From positions 315,115-379,114 of the forward strand of contig JBNGIO010006294.1 in the NCBI GenBank assembly GCA_049999805.1: 64,000 nucleotides of DNA, written 5' to 3'. The DNA comes from Folioceros fuciformis (lineage: Eukaryota). Under the pieces are notes generated by a model. The model was given only the letters and a program-made list of their open reading frames with translations, ran no database searches and had not been told where the DNA came from. Position numbers and translations under genes: made by a program. Below, one piece after another: positions 37,166-48,682 of the stretch. Each line of letters starts with the position of its first letter. Position 1 is the stretch's first letter.

Positions 37166-39084
37166 TCTGGATAGAGTCCTTTTCCACGCCACCACCCATG
37201 CCTTCCTCGCAATTCCTCTCGCTTTCGTGTTCCAAGCCCTGCCAAGTTGCCTCTAGGGCTAGCTTGCAATTGGAAGGGATAACAATCTGGTATGGAGATG
37301 GAAGATGCTTCCCAACTTCTGACCTCATTCCTCAGCATGTTCCACCATTTTCAAACACGTAACCCTGAACAAGTGAAGTGCAAGGAAGGAAACAAGGAAT
37401 CGAAGGATGGCAAGGGCAACTACCTCGTTGATGGGCGTCCACCAGTGGATATGTTTAGGGATGTGATGAGGAGGCCTGTCGGCATATACATATATATTCC
37501 CTGCTCTGTGGCCTTTGTATCTCAACCACCGCGGCCGTTACAGGACCTTGGCTGGAAAGCGGATCTGGACAAGACACCATCACGGGTGCAAACTGTGCGT
37601 GTTCCACCTCCTCCTCCTGCTAGGTAACGGGTTATGGATTGTGTGGGCATACGTATGTCATGTGTCGCCAACCGCCGACCGGCAACAAAGTTTGGCGAGG
37701 CGAGGCCCTGCACAAACGTCACCAATGACCTGCCGAGGGCAATAACAGACAGGGGTGTGAAAGAGAGAGAGAGAGTTAGGCTGCTCCGCAGGCTGCAGGA
37801 CATTACTCCGAGATATGAAGCTGGAACCACCGAAGAAATGAGGGGGTTCAATATCCACCATCGTCCAGCAACATACGGTAGTTGAGCATACCCGGTTTGC
37901 AGGATGCTCAACCTATCGGGAGCCGGCTGTTGCGGGAGGCAGAGATGGAGGGGAGGGGCACCAATGGCAGTTGGGGACGACGGAGTAGGCGCTCCACAGC
38001 TATGCAACTTGCAACAACTTGCAATGCCGTGGAGCAACTTCCGCTTTCATCAACTTGCAAGACGGCGCAGTCGAGTCGCCATACCCGCATTACTGCAGAC
38101 GGGTATCACGCCGCATTTGACCTGCACAGGAACAGCGCATCTGAACCTGCCATATAGTAAAGCAACAGCGGAGGAGCAGGAAAACTTATCTTGAAAAAGA
38201 TTTGGGACAAAAGCTGGAGTAGGCATTGCGGATCCTTCCCAAGAAAGTACATTACTCTCCCGCTTCTTTAGCTTTCCTTGATGCCACCAGAGATACTAAC
38301 GGCTGGCTACCCTCACCGTTGCTTGTGTTGGTGGGTTCCGCTTCGCCGTTGCTTTGCGCATTGTGTGTTATAGCAGTCGCATGTTCTAAAGGTGAAAAAG
38401 CGGCATCTTCGTCACCTTTGACGTAGCTCACACGGGTGTTCACAGTCACGCACTATACTGCATAGTTCTCCGTGACCGAGCCAGGCGCTGCCTGTCGCCA
38501 GGAACTTCTGGCCACGCCGCTCCTCGACCCCACCCTTGACTCTTGCCCCTCCCATGTAAACTTGAGGTTGCCATTACACGAACGTGCGACAAAAATCCAC
38601 TTTCTTTCCTGTCACCTACTATCATAACACCAGCCTGGTAACTCCACCAGATGTATGGATAGCTTCAGCTGACGTTGCCCCACCTGGAGCTGCTTATGGG
38701 CGGGCGCTAGCTAAGAACAGGAATGGGCCTCGCTGACCACTGCAGGCTGCTCTGCCATTCTTATCTGGCCAACTGTCTGGGATCCAGCCGGGATTGAACC
38801 CAGAGATATCTCAAGAGTTACCAGGCAACTTGCAACATGCACATCAACGGAGGCATCACTGTTCACCTGTCGGCACTTGAAACCCACTCCCTTCATCATT
38901 TTAAGGTTGATGACAAGCATAACATAAGGCAATAACTCCTCAGTTGCTCTTCTGAGAGAGCAGTTACTTATTTCCATCGAACAACCCTAGGAACATCAGT
39001 GTAACGAACACACGATTGTGCCGACGTGGTTCCCTGACACTTTAACTGTCGGTAGGTACAGATCGAAAGAGCTATGTATGTGCC

Positions 39085-41119
39085 TTACAGGATGCAGCAA
39101 AGTGATTGGCAGCAGCAGATTCCACAGCAGCATCTGGATGGGTAGTCTTTCATATAGACGTCCTTCTTGAGGCCAACGATGTAGGACTTGAACGACTTGC
39201 CTTTGTGGGACAAAAGCACACGGGTAACAGGGACATAGCTCAAGGTATGCCTCTCACAGATGATTCTGGCGGCAGGAGGGACAGGAGTTCTTTCTGCAAT
39301 CACATCTGAGGACAGCTTCGTGAGCCAATAAGAATCTGGAAAATGAATGGGCTGACACTGGTAGGACTGACCACTGTGCAGCTCAACTCCCTGGGCTTTG
39401 TGAAAGATCTCATCTGGCACAGAAGCTGCATTGCTCGAAGCGCTCACCTTCCGGTTTTGCAAGGTGCGCCTGCACAGTCATGAGTTGCTGACTTGAGGAA
39501 TTTGCAGCTCTCTCAAAGAAGTCAGAGTTGGAAAGGAAACTGAAAGCTGCTTACCAGCGCACGAGCAGCAGTTTGCGACAAAGCAAAGCACCATTCCCCG
39601 AACAGGTTCTGCATTTGATAAGGCCCTGGGACAAGCAGGTCGGGCATCTTAACTTGCCTGTGCCTCCACATTTGTTGCATCTGGACAGCCGTGTAGAAGG
39701 ATCAGCGGGTGGCATAAAATTTAGCAAGACGGAAAGTTTGGATCAACACGTCAGGCCTAAAGAGAAAAAAAAAAAAACCCCCTTGATCAGGATATAGGTA
39801 GACTACGTACAGGGTATCAGAGCCGTCTTGGTGAGCAATGAGACCTCTGCCATGACAATCTGGGCACTCGGTCATAATGCCAGGGTGATAAGTTTCAGGC
39901 TCTTTACCAGCATTGCAAATAGGACAGGCCACCTCCCCACGCCCTGAGCATTCTGAAGCCAAGGCGAGTTCACTCTTCAACAACTTTGATGTAGAAAATT
40001 AATGAAGCAACACACCCCCTCGTTGCTTCAAGGCACACAATAACTATTACCTGAGCATCGTAGAATGACTTCAGAGTGTGGCAAACTAATTCTCGTTTCC
40101 TTGATAGTTGTGAATAAAAGGGGGAACTCTTTTTTAGCGTCTACCTCCCACAGTGCGGGAGTATGCCCATTGTCCTCTCCATCCACTGGTCCTCCTGTAT
40201 ACGGTTCGGTTTCATGGTGAACATTTCTCTCTTCAATAAACGCCTCCAGCGTTCCGATGTATACGTTGCAGTCTTCCACCTTCTCAAGGCCCCACTTCTT
40301 AGCCGGTTTGCCTCCCCAGCAGCAGTTTGAGCTGACATAGTCCACTAGAATCTCCCGTATGTCCTCCTCTTGTAATGCCTGCACACTAGTGCAAGATATA
40401 GGTAAGCAAGCTGTGGGCCCTATCACAGACAAGTTCAGTTCCTTCCCACTGCTTTGGTTGGTACCTGGGCGCCTGGTTCGGGGGTTGGATCAAATATCCT
40501 GTGTCTGGATACACACCGTAACGTTCAGATCGTTCAACGTACACAGACAGGCATCCCAGTAACGTAGCAGGGCAAACTAGGCATTTGGACACACGCTAAA
40601 CCTGAAATCAACCTTTGACTTTCCCTGCAAACTACAGGAACAACGATAGTACATGATAGTGCACAAGCACATCCTTTACCTGCAGGGGGAACACTCCACT
40701 CAGGATAAGGCTCATGAGAAACAGCATTCCGAACTTCAGTAGGAGAAACTTCAGCCTCAGGAGGTTGCACACTGGGTGTTCCCGTGGGCTTGAAATATCC
40801 CATGTGTGTCCATTCTGCCAGCCGGCCTTGAGCATCATCTGCAAGGTGGATACACCGCTCGGGGGGTAAGGTTTCAGCACCAGATATTCAGAACTTAGAC
40901 TGGAAGCTCCTGAATCATGCATATCCGCTGTTTAACAATGTTCTGACCAATCCTTCTCGTGTGTAGCTTCAGCATGAAGGGGTAGGCAAGACACTTACGT
41001 GATCCATACAGTGTTGGTAAGGAGTCCAGCAAAGATGGAGCCGATGGCTGCTCCAAGGCTGAATCAGGAGATACTGGGCCAAGCAAAGGCTCATAGTAGG
41101 TGTCGCGTCCTTCCGCCAT
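39085..41119 (-). CDS. SSUH2-like protein (DnaJ-like CxxCxGxG zinc-finger repeats), multi-exon
   Basis: DIREILVDYVSSNCCWGGKPA, CSGRGEVACPIC, CPDCHGRGLIAHQDGSD, CNKCGGTGKLRCPTC, VSASSNAASVPDEIFHKAQGVEL and ARIICERH. C-terminus DYPSRCCCGICCCQSLCCIL. N-terminal exon boundaries are approximate. Confidence 0.8.
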
Positions 41120-41599
41120 GATCCTACTCCGCTATCCGCTCGGTCCACCCCGCAAGCTTGCCGAAAACAAGCAACTTTTCGTTGTGAACTGGTTTGCCCG
41201 CTAAACGGAGCTCGCCCGCTTCCCTTATCTTTGACTAGCAATAATATTTACACAAACATACGAAATGTGGGACGGAAAACTTTACACAAAATTGTTCCTT
41301 CCCTCCAACATGCAAACAGACGAACGCTCCCAGAGTCCGCCTCATATCGAAGATCGAAGACGAGCTGCCGTCTCCACGGATTTCTGGGGAACCATACAAC
41401 TCAACTCAGAGAGGATCCGTTCGGGAAAGCTCCAGTCTACTCTGGCTGGCTGCAAGAGACGTTGCTTCGGTTCTCAAGACGTCAAGGGAGCATGTACTCG
41501 GAGTTGATTTGCCTAAAGTCCATCAAATTCCTTCCTTTCAAATACGCTGAAGATGCTTCGTCTTGAATCCATGTACGTAAATCCGGGAGCGGGTCACTG

Positions 41600-41900
41600 C
41601 CATCTTGAACTGGAGACATCCACCGGCATGAACAGGAAGGAAGTGAAGGTTGAGCTTGATGAAGGACGGGTTATGAATATCACCGGTGAAAGTAGCTGGG
41701 AGGATGTTTAAGGACACGGATCAATGACATGGAGTGGAACAAGCTCATGGCCGATTTGTTCGACTATTTCCGCTCCCAGAGAGCGTCAGGGTTGATGATG
41801 TCCAATCCAAGATGGAGCACGACGTCCTTGACCCTAAGAAGAAGGAAACACTGAGGTCCAAACCTCGCTCGATTCGCCTGCTCTCAAACGGAAACCAGGT
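41600..41900 (+). pseudogene. Small heat-shock protein (HSP20/alpha-crystallin domain) pseudogene
   Basis: GMNRKEVKVELDEGRVMNITGE, then stops and a frameshift, then VEQAHGRFVRLFPLPESVRVDDVQSKMEHDVL..PK (the TVTV strand is missing). Confidence 0.8.
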
Positions 41901-42429
41901 CCCGGTGAAGGAAAACGGGGCCCATATGCATGAAGAGCCGCGTCAGCTCTCTATCTGGACGATCTCGCAAGTGTCACTCTGTACGATTCTGCAGCCGCTG
42001 GGACTTCGAGCTTCGATGTTGTCGCCCTCAGTGCCGAATGTTAAAATTTTGCATGCCAGAGACTTCCCTCGAAGAGCGGTGCCCGTCTCAAGCTTCCGTG
42101 TCTGCCTCTCTGCAGTTTTGTGTAGTTTCCTCCAGACTCCGCCGAACCCGGACCCGGGAACACGTCCTCTTAGAGTTTCTCGTCCCAATGGTGGCGAGCA
42201 AGTTGTGTGCATGTCCAACCGCATCCACCTATCCTTTTAGGAAAGAAGTGTTGTGCAAGCCGTTACATCTCATCTTGTGATTGTATCGCAGCTGAGTCAG
42301 AATGCGCCTGAAAGTACCATCGTCGAACGACTCAATTGGGCAAATGCAGGTCTCTATGCTTGCATGTGTTCGGGTGCAACGCAATGGAAGTTTAGCGAAG
42401 ATCGATGTAGCTAGCCCAGAACAAGCAAA

Positions 42430-43270
42430 TCCTCAGACCTCCAGGACGTTGCGCGGAACACCATTGAACTGAGACTCGTCGTGCTGTTTGGCATCGTTTC
42501 GAGCGGAGATGGCATTCAGTAGATAAGTGCTGGTAAGCGAGATGGAACTGCTCCCAGTGGTTGCTTCTTGCAAACTGTGATGCCAGAACTCTACGACAGG
42601 TCCAGGTTCTCGGGAGTCACACATGCTGGTAGGTTCCAGTTGAAGCTTGCACCATTCTTGCCAGGGTTTAGTGGACTGTCCAAGCTCCCAAGGCGAGGCC
42701 CTGCCTACATGCAGCAACGAATCTCAAAGTCTATCAACTCAAGGGAGCGTTTGCACAACTGCAGCCTAGCCTGCCAGGCGTAAAACAACGTGTGAGTCAC
42801 AATTTCTGTGCCACAAGCAACAAGATGCGCCGGTCAACGACATCTTCCTGCTGGTAATGTGCTCCTCTGAAATCCACTTTGCTGCACATTGTATCAACAA
42901 TGAAAGCCAGCAGCGAAACTGACAGAATCTAGATTTTGCAGAGCCGGTCCGATCAAAGACCTACCTGTTGATGATCTGTCAACATTGAATCTGAAGGGCC
43001 ATCCAAAGCTCTGGCCATTCTCCACAGCATAATGTTGAGAGGGACGTAGGAGGAGAATTTTTTCACAGCTTACGCGAATTTCTGGCTTGTGCACAAAGCA
43101 AAGGATACTAGCATGGAACTAGCGAGATTCGGGAGCCACGGTCTTGCACAACAAGAGAGCTCGTCAACAGCATGTAATTCTTCCGCAGTCGAGGGAGAGA
43201 GTTCTGCCAGCGCAGCAGCTCTGGAGTACCAGAAGTTGATGGACACGATTGCAAAAGGGTAAGAAACGTT
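42430..43270 (-). pseudogene. Possible decayed Cys-containing LRR (F-box/RNI-like) gene fragment
   Basis: Scattered minus-strand peptides LTLLQSCPS, IRVSCEKI, ALQNLDSVS and ACVTPENLDLS*SSGIT in different frames with stops. Weak, by eye only. Confidence 0.3.
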
Positions 43271-43274
43271 TCTA

Positions 43275-43745
43275 TTGGCATACTTTCAAGTTTTTTTCCC
43301 AAACATTAATATAATTTATACTGATATCTACGATCTATTTTTTCATAGTCTACATCCCTTAGCAGAGGAAGAGGAGGAGGAAGTGCTTTTATCCAACAAT
43401 GGTGTTAGGAATGGCAACAAAAAAGAATGTATTCATCTAAACAAAGTTAGATGTATGGAGCTTTTGCAAAAGCTGGAATATCATAATTGGGAATTACATA
43501 AAAAAATAATAGATAATGTTACCTACCGAAAGATATGTGATGATCTTTTGGAAACCCTGTGTGAAAATGTTTCAGGTGCAAAAAAGACTGTTTGTAAAAA
43601 TGTTTCAGGTGCCAAAAAGACTCTATGGAAAGTGTCGCGTTGTTTTTTGACTCTGGACATTCACAGAAGACTATGCGGGATTGCATTAGAAGACTTAAAA
43701 GATGTGCGGGATTGCATTAGGAGAGTTAGAAAAGGAACAGCTTAA
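43275..43745 (+). CDS. Hypothetical protein in an AT-rich insert (unknown)
   Basis: Open for 156 codons, with an acidic run and an internal 33-bp duplication (CENVSGAKKTV/CKNVSGAKKTL). No recognisable family and no early ATG. Confidence 0.25.
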   Translation: MAYFQVFFPNINIIYTDIYDLFFHSLHPLAEEEEEEVLLSNNGVRNGNKKECIHLNKVRCMELLQKLEYHNWELHKKIIDNVTYRKICDDLLETLCENVSGAKKTVCKNVSGAKKTLWKVSRCFLTLDIHRRLCGIALEDLKDVRDCIRRVRKGTA

Positions 43746-44096
43746 CCTAACTCTTAAGCTCTAGCTCGGTTTTAGTTCCTCTTGTGCAAGACTAATTCTT
43801 TAGTTAGTAAGTTTTCTATCTATCGCATAAACAGAGTTTCTATTAATAGCGTGTTAAAACTGTCGCTGCTCCGGTAAGGTAACGGACCACAGCGGCCCCA
43901 ATGTGTACAATAGCTGTAGTCTCCACGCATCGGGATGTGCTTGTGGCAGCTCTATTCTGGAGCGGGAGCGTAGGAGCTTGGTAGAAGAGTAAGCAGGGAT
44001 TCCCCGGCTGGAAGCTCTGAACTAGGGGTTAGGGTTTCTCGGGGGAAGGACTAGCAGATTCCGGAGGCGGGATTGAGTACGGCCGAGGCAGCAGCG

Positions 44097-44735
44097 ATGG
44101 GGATGGACGCTGGAGAAGAAGAGACACGGGTTGGAGGACACGCAAAAGTTGGAGTTACAGTATCGACACAAGATGAAACCGCCGATCTGCTGGAGTCTGG
44201 GCCCATCCTCTCACCGTTTCTAACCAAAGTGGGAAACTCAATGCAAGTCACACCAGTAGTACTTCCCATGGCCGTGTTCTTGTTGGCTCTAACCCGATTT
44301 CCCTCCCCTCCGTTTGAAACGAGTTATCCTTGGATCTACTCCATTGCCCTCGGTGCTAGCGCGATGGCTGTCCTCAATTCAATTCACATGTTGAGAATCG
44401 TACTCTGCCAACCTGCCAGAGCTCGGGATTCCCGTACCCCGTTGCTGGTCGGGCACATGTTTGGCTTGTTGTCGACCTCCTTAGGTTACGTAAGTTTTGT
44501 GGTATGGTCTTGCACAAAACGAAGTAAATACGCCTGGAGCTTACCGCTGTTGACGGCGTTTCTTGCGGCCTTCTTCGTCATCCACCAATGTAAGCATCTA
44601 TGTAGGATTCGTTGGGGCGAGATCAAGACCTTCCTACGTGCTGGCCTCAGAATTGAGGCGGCCGAGCTGAGAGCTGCGAGGGAGGCGGACCTCAGAACTG
44701 CGGATGCGAACACAGAGCCGTCTGGTAATCGCTGA
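44097..44735 (+). CDS. Hypothetical membrane protein with ~4 hydrophobic helices
   Basis: ATG in good context (GCGATGG), acidic N-terminus, four hydrophobic stretches and a charged tail. Telo-box-like TAGGGTTT at ~44030 upstream. Confidence 0.55.
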   Translation: MGMDAGEEETRVGGHAKVGVTVSTQDETADLLESGPILSPFLTKVGNSMQVTPVVLPMAVFLLALTRFPSPPFETSYPWIYSIALGASAMAVLNSIHMLRIVLCQPARARDSRTPLLVGHMFGLLSTSLGYVSFVVWSCTKRSKYAWSLPLLTAFLAAFFVIHQCKHLCRIRWGEIKTFLRAGLRIEAAELRAAREADLRTADANTEPSGNR

Positions 44736-45877
44736 AACCATCTGTGTTAACTGTTTGTTGTACATTGCTGAATGTCGCCTTGCCTAGCCTAGCCGCTGTG
44801 TGTTGAACCTCGTTCTTGTCTCTTCTCTTTTTTGAATCATTGTTGTTCATGTGTGGCATAGAGACAGGGTCGATGGACTCCAGAAATCACAGGGACTCCG
44901 CAAATTTGGTCGCGATCGAATCCTCCTACGGAAAACTTCTCCAGGCTGTGTCTCAAGGATCGAAGGATGACCAGCGATTTACCCTACAGGCCCTTCTAGG
45001 CCTTGAAGAAAAATTAAGATGTCTGCGTGAGCTGGAATCCATCCAGAAGCACGAGATGAGGCGGGTGAGGTGGAGCAACTATGATTCCGGTTCCTTGAAT
45101 CCGAAGGAAGAGGGACATCGTCACTGACCGTTACTAAGTGTAACACCCCGATGTCACGCAATTTTGAGTGATATGCTACAAGACGTATGTATGTATCTAG
45201 ATTCTGCACGGTTCAAGCAGCCGTGCAAAATTTGGCTATGTACATCATTCCACGTCGGGAACCCACAGCGTGTCGCCATGAAGAAACAAAGAAGATCGTC
45301 ACCATGGGCTCTTGATCTTGAACGGGTTACGACGCAGAACTCTGACGGGATCGCAAAACGCTTCGCCATGTCTGCCCCGGTCTGTTCGCGTGCTTGAGCA
45401 TCGTACAGGTCCTTGACTGCTTCAGGAAAATGCTCAATCTGGTCATTTGCCGTGGTGTTACGGGTAGCTGCGAGGAACAATTGGCTGTTCACCAAGTCTT
45501 TCATACAACCTCGGTGTGCTTGCCAAGTTCCCCACATTTTGCATCCCTGTCCCACAAGCCATCACGAAGGAACAAATCATGCTCCACCCCTGCCTCCGGC
45601 CAACACATCAGCATGCATCTCTCGCTGGACTTCTAAGTCTGGGGCTCTTGCGCAATCCTGAACTATCCAGCTGCACATTCCTCGGCAAAGTTGCATGGCC
45701 CACGTCTCGATACTCGTCACCCGTGTTTGCGATTCGAAACGAGAAAGGCAGTTTAGAAAGAAAGTGTGTGAAACTTGGGTTACCGGTTGCCTTGAGCTCT
45801 TAGGTTTATGAGGTCTTTCAACCGGCCGGCGTTGCGGTTTGCTTGCGCAAGGTGCGCGGGCGTGGGATCAGAGGAGA

Positions 45878-48106
45878 ATGGGGACCAGCGTGCAGCTGAA
45901 GCCGCTGATGGGGGCACACTCGGAGTCCCCGCTTTGCTATCTTCTGGTCGTGGATGGCTTCAACATCTTGCTGGATTGTGGGTGGACAGATGCCTTCAAC
46001 ACAGCGGATCTGAAGGAGCTTGTGGAGGTGGCTCCAACGGTGGACGCTGTGCTCCTCTCGCACCCGGATACAATGCACCTGGGTGCGTTGGCATACGCGG
46101 CAGGGAAGCTGAAATTGACGGCCCCAGCTTATTGCACAGAGCCTGTGCACAGACTGGGGCTCATGTACATGTATGACCATTTTTTCTCCAGGAGGGCGGT
46201 GTCCAACTTCGACGTCTTCACCATGGAGGACGTAGACCTAGCTTTTGATAATACTATTCGGCTCAAGTACTCGCAGGACTATCCGCTGGCGGACAAGGGG
46301 GAGGGGATAACCATCACGCCCTATGCAGCTGGGCGGTTGTTGGGTGGGACGGTGTGGAAGATAAGTAAGGACACTGAGGATATTATCTATGCTGTGGATT
46401 ATAATCACAGGAAGGAGAGGCACCTGAATGGAACTGTGTTGGAGACGATCATTCGACCTGCCGTGCTCATCACCGATGCCTACAATGCCCTGGTGATGCA
46501 ACCGCCTCGGCAGAAGAGGGATCAGGATTTTATGGACTTGGTGCTCAAGCATCTGAGGGCTAATGGGAATGTGCTTCTCCCTGTGGAGACTGCAGGACGT
46601 GTGCTGGAGTTGATTCTTTTCTTGGAACATACTTGGGCTCATCATCACTTACCCTATCCTTTAGCCTTCTTGAGCAATGTTGCTGATAGTACGATAGAGT
46701 CTGCCAAGAGCTTGCTGGAGTGGATGAGTGATGCCATCAATAAGTCATTCGAGCAGACTCGAGATAATCCCTTTCTGTTCAAGTGTTTGAAGCTGTGCCA
46801 CAACCGAAAGGAGTTTGATGAGCTGCCTCCGGGACCCAAGGTGGTGCTCGCCTCCGTGGCCAGCTTGGAAGCAGGATTTGCGCGGGATCTCTTCACCGAG
46901 TGGGCGGGAGATGAGAACAGCATGGTGCTGTTTACCGAGAAGGGACAGGTGGGTACTTTTGCCCGGACGTTTTTGCAGGTTACTCCTGCTCCACAGGCGG
47001 TGATGGTGACCATGAGTAGGAAGATTCCGCTGACTGGGGAGGAGCTTAGAGCGTACGAGGAGGAACAGGCCAGGCTCAGAGAGCAGGAGAAGAAGGAGAG
47101 GGAATTGAAAGCTCTCAAGGCTGCTGAAGAGCAGCTTCAAGCTAATGGCACTAGCGGTGAGCAGGTGGATGACGATTCTATGGCTCTGGAGGTGAGCGGG
47201 GCTGTCACCTCTCCTGCAGAAGCACCATCTGCCGTAGCCCTGGTGCAGCTTTTCGGAGATGTTCTGGTCGATGGATTCAGACCACCACCAGAAGCTGTGG
47301 CTCCCATGTTTCCAGACGACACCAATCCCGGTGAGTGGGATGAGTTCGGAGAGATCATCAACCCGGACGACTTTGTGTCTACAGAGGAGGTAGTAGGATA
47401 TACGGCTACCACACTTCCTTTGATCGAAGAGGCAGGAGAGAAGCTGGATAGCGAAACGGTCGATTTGCTGTTACATGATGCACCTTCCAAGGTGGTGACC
47501 AACGATCTTATGGTGCCTGTGCGATGTGATCTTTCTTACCTGGACTTTGAGGGCAGGTCTGATGGACGTTCCATCAAAAACATACTGCAGCATGTGGTTC
47601 CCCTCAAACTTGTGCTTATCCACGGCTCGGCTGAGGCGACTGAGCACCTGAAGCAGCACTGCCTGAAACATGTCACCCCGTCCGTGTTCACTCCATACGT
47701 GGGCGAGACCGTGGACGTAACATCTGACCTGTGTGCTTTCAAGGTCACTCTAACAGAGCAGCTCATGAGCAATGTCATCTTCAGGAAAGTGGGCGAGTAT
47801 GAACTATCGTGGGTGGATGGCACAGTCGGAGAGAAGGGGGATGACGATATTCTTTCACTGTTACCAGTCGTTGCTCCTCCTCCACACAAAGCTGTCCTGG
47901 TTGAGGACCTTCGACTCGCAGACTTCAGGCATCTTCTGGCCACAAAGGGTGTGCAAGCAGAGTTTGCTGGAGGCATATTGCGGTGCGGCAACCACATCTC
48001 TGTGCGGAAGGTCAGCAGCGGCCATCAGGTGGTGATTGAGGGCCCTCTCTGCGAGGACTATTACAAGATCCGTGAACTGCTGTACTCTCAGTTTCACATG
48101 TTCTAA
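45878..48106 (+). CDS. CPSF100: Cleavage and polyadenylation specificity factor subunit 2 (CPSF100), single exon
   Basis: MGTSVQLKPLMG, ILLDCGW, degenerate metallo-beta-lactamase motif LLSHPDTMHLGAL, YAVDYNHRKERHLNG, beta-CASP region, DFEGRSDGRSIK and terminal EGPLCEDYYKIRELLYSQF. Confidence 0.96.
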   Translation: MGTSVQLKPLMGAHSESPLCYLLVVDGFNILLDCGWTDAFNTADLKELVEVAPTVDAVLLSHPDTMHLGALAYAAGKLKLTAPAYCTEPVHRLGLMYMYDHFFSRRAVSNFDVFTMEDVDLAFDNTIRLKYSQDYPLADKGEGITITPYAAGRLLGGTVWKISKDTEDIIYAVDYNHRKERHLNGTVLETIIRPAVLITDAYNALVMQPPRQKRDQDFMDLVLKHLRANGNVLLPVETAGRVLELILFLEHTWAHHHLPYPLAFLSNVADSTIESAKSLLEWMSDAINKSFEQTRDNPFLFKCLKLCHNRKEFDELPPGPKVVLASVASLEAGFARDLFTEWAGDENSMVLFTEKGQVGTFARTFLQVTPAPQAVMVTMSRKIPLTGEELRAYEEEQARLREQEKKERELKALKAAEEQLQANGTSGEQVDDDSMALEVSGAVTSPAEAPSAVALVQLFGDVLVDGFRPPPEAVAPMFPDDTNPGEWDEFGEIINPDDFVSTEEVVGYTATTLPLIEEAGEKLDSETVDLLLHDAPSKVVTNDLMVPVRCDLSYLDFEGRSDGRSIKNILQHVVPLKLVLIHGSAEATEHLKQHCLKHVTPSVFTPYVGETVDVTSDLCAFKVTLTEQLMSNVIFRKVGEYELSWVDGTVGEKGDDDILSLLPVVAPPPHKAVLVEDLRLADFRHLLATKGVQAEFAGGILRCGNHISVRKVSSGHQVVIEGPLCEDYYKIRELLYSQFHMF

Positions 48107-48682
48107 GCTTTGGGACATGACAGCTCCATTTTTTCCCAACATCCTGGAGTCTCCGCTCCTGTCGATGACCCGAAGTACTTCGCCAACATCCTTTGTGCCT
48201 CCCATTCCCATGGTATGTGTGGTGTTTCAGGAGCTCGGGGTTTTTACTACTACTGGGTTTTCCCAGTCCATCTGACCATCGGTCTGGATTGAATGCAGCT
48301 ACCAGCAGGTGACAGTGTCAAACACTCCAGCTGGGAAGTGTATCCGGTCTCACTCAAGGGTACTGTAGTCAGTCACCTCCATCCTTCGTGGCTGTGTGCT
48401 AAAAAACTAACATCGCCTCTGCACTGCACGCAGGACTCTCAATAAAAGCTGGAAGAAGAGGTATGTCACTCCGGAGTGGTGCAAAGTCAACGAACCCATC
48501 TCGAGCCAAGCCATGTGAAAATCACGTCATTAAGTTCTATGGAAGTGTCTTCCAAAATTCATTGGAGCACGGAGGTTTACATAAGAGGAAGACGCGTTAG
48601 TTATTCTACGATAGCAGCAGACACGCACCATTAGGGCGAGCTGCGCGCAAAACAGAAACATGGATTGAACGATAGTCAGGAT

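Noticed and set aside
46238..47997. Long antisense ORFs over CPSF100 (likewise over aldolase, GH3 and the root-cap gene)
   Set aside because: These are shadow ORFs caused by codon bias of the real genes.
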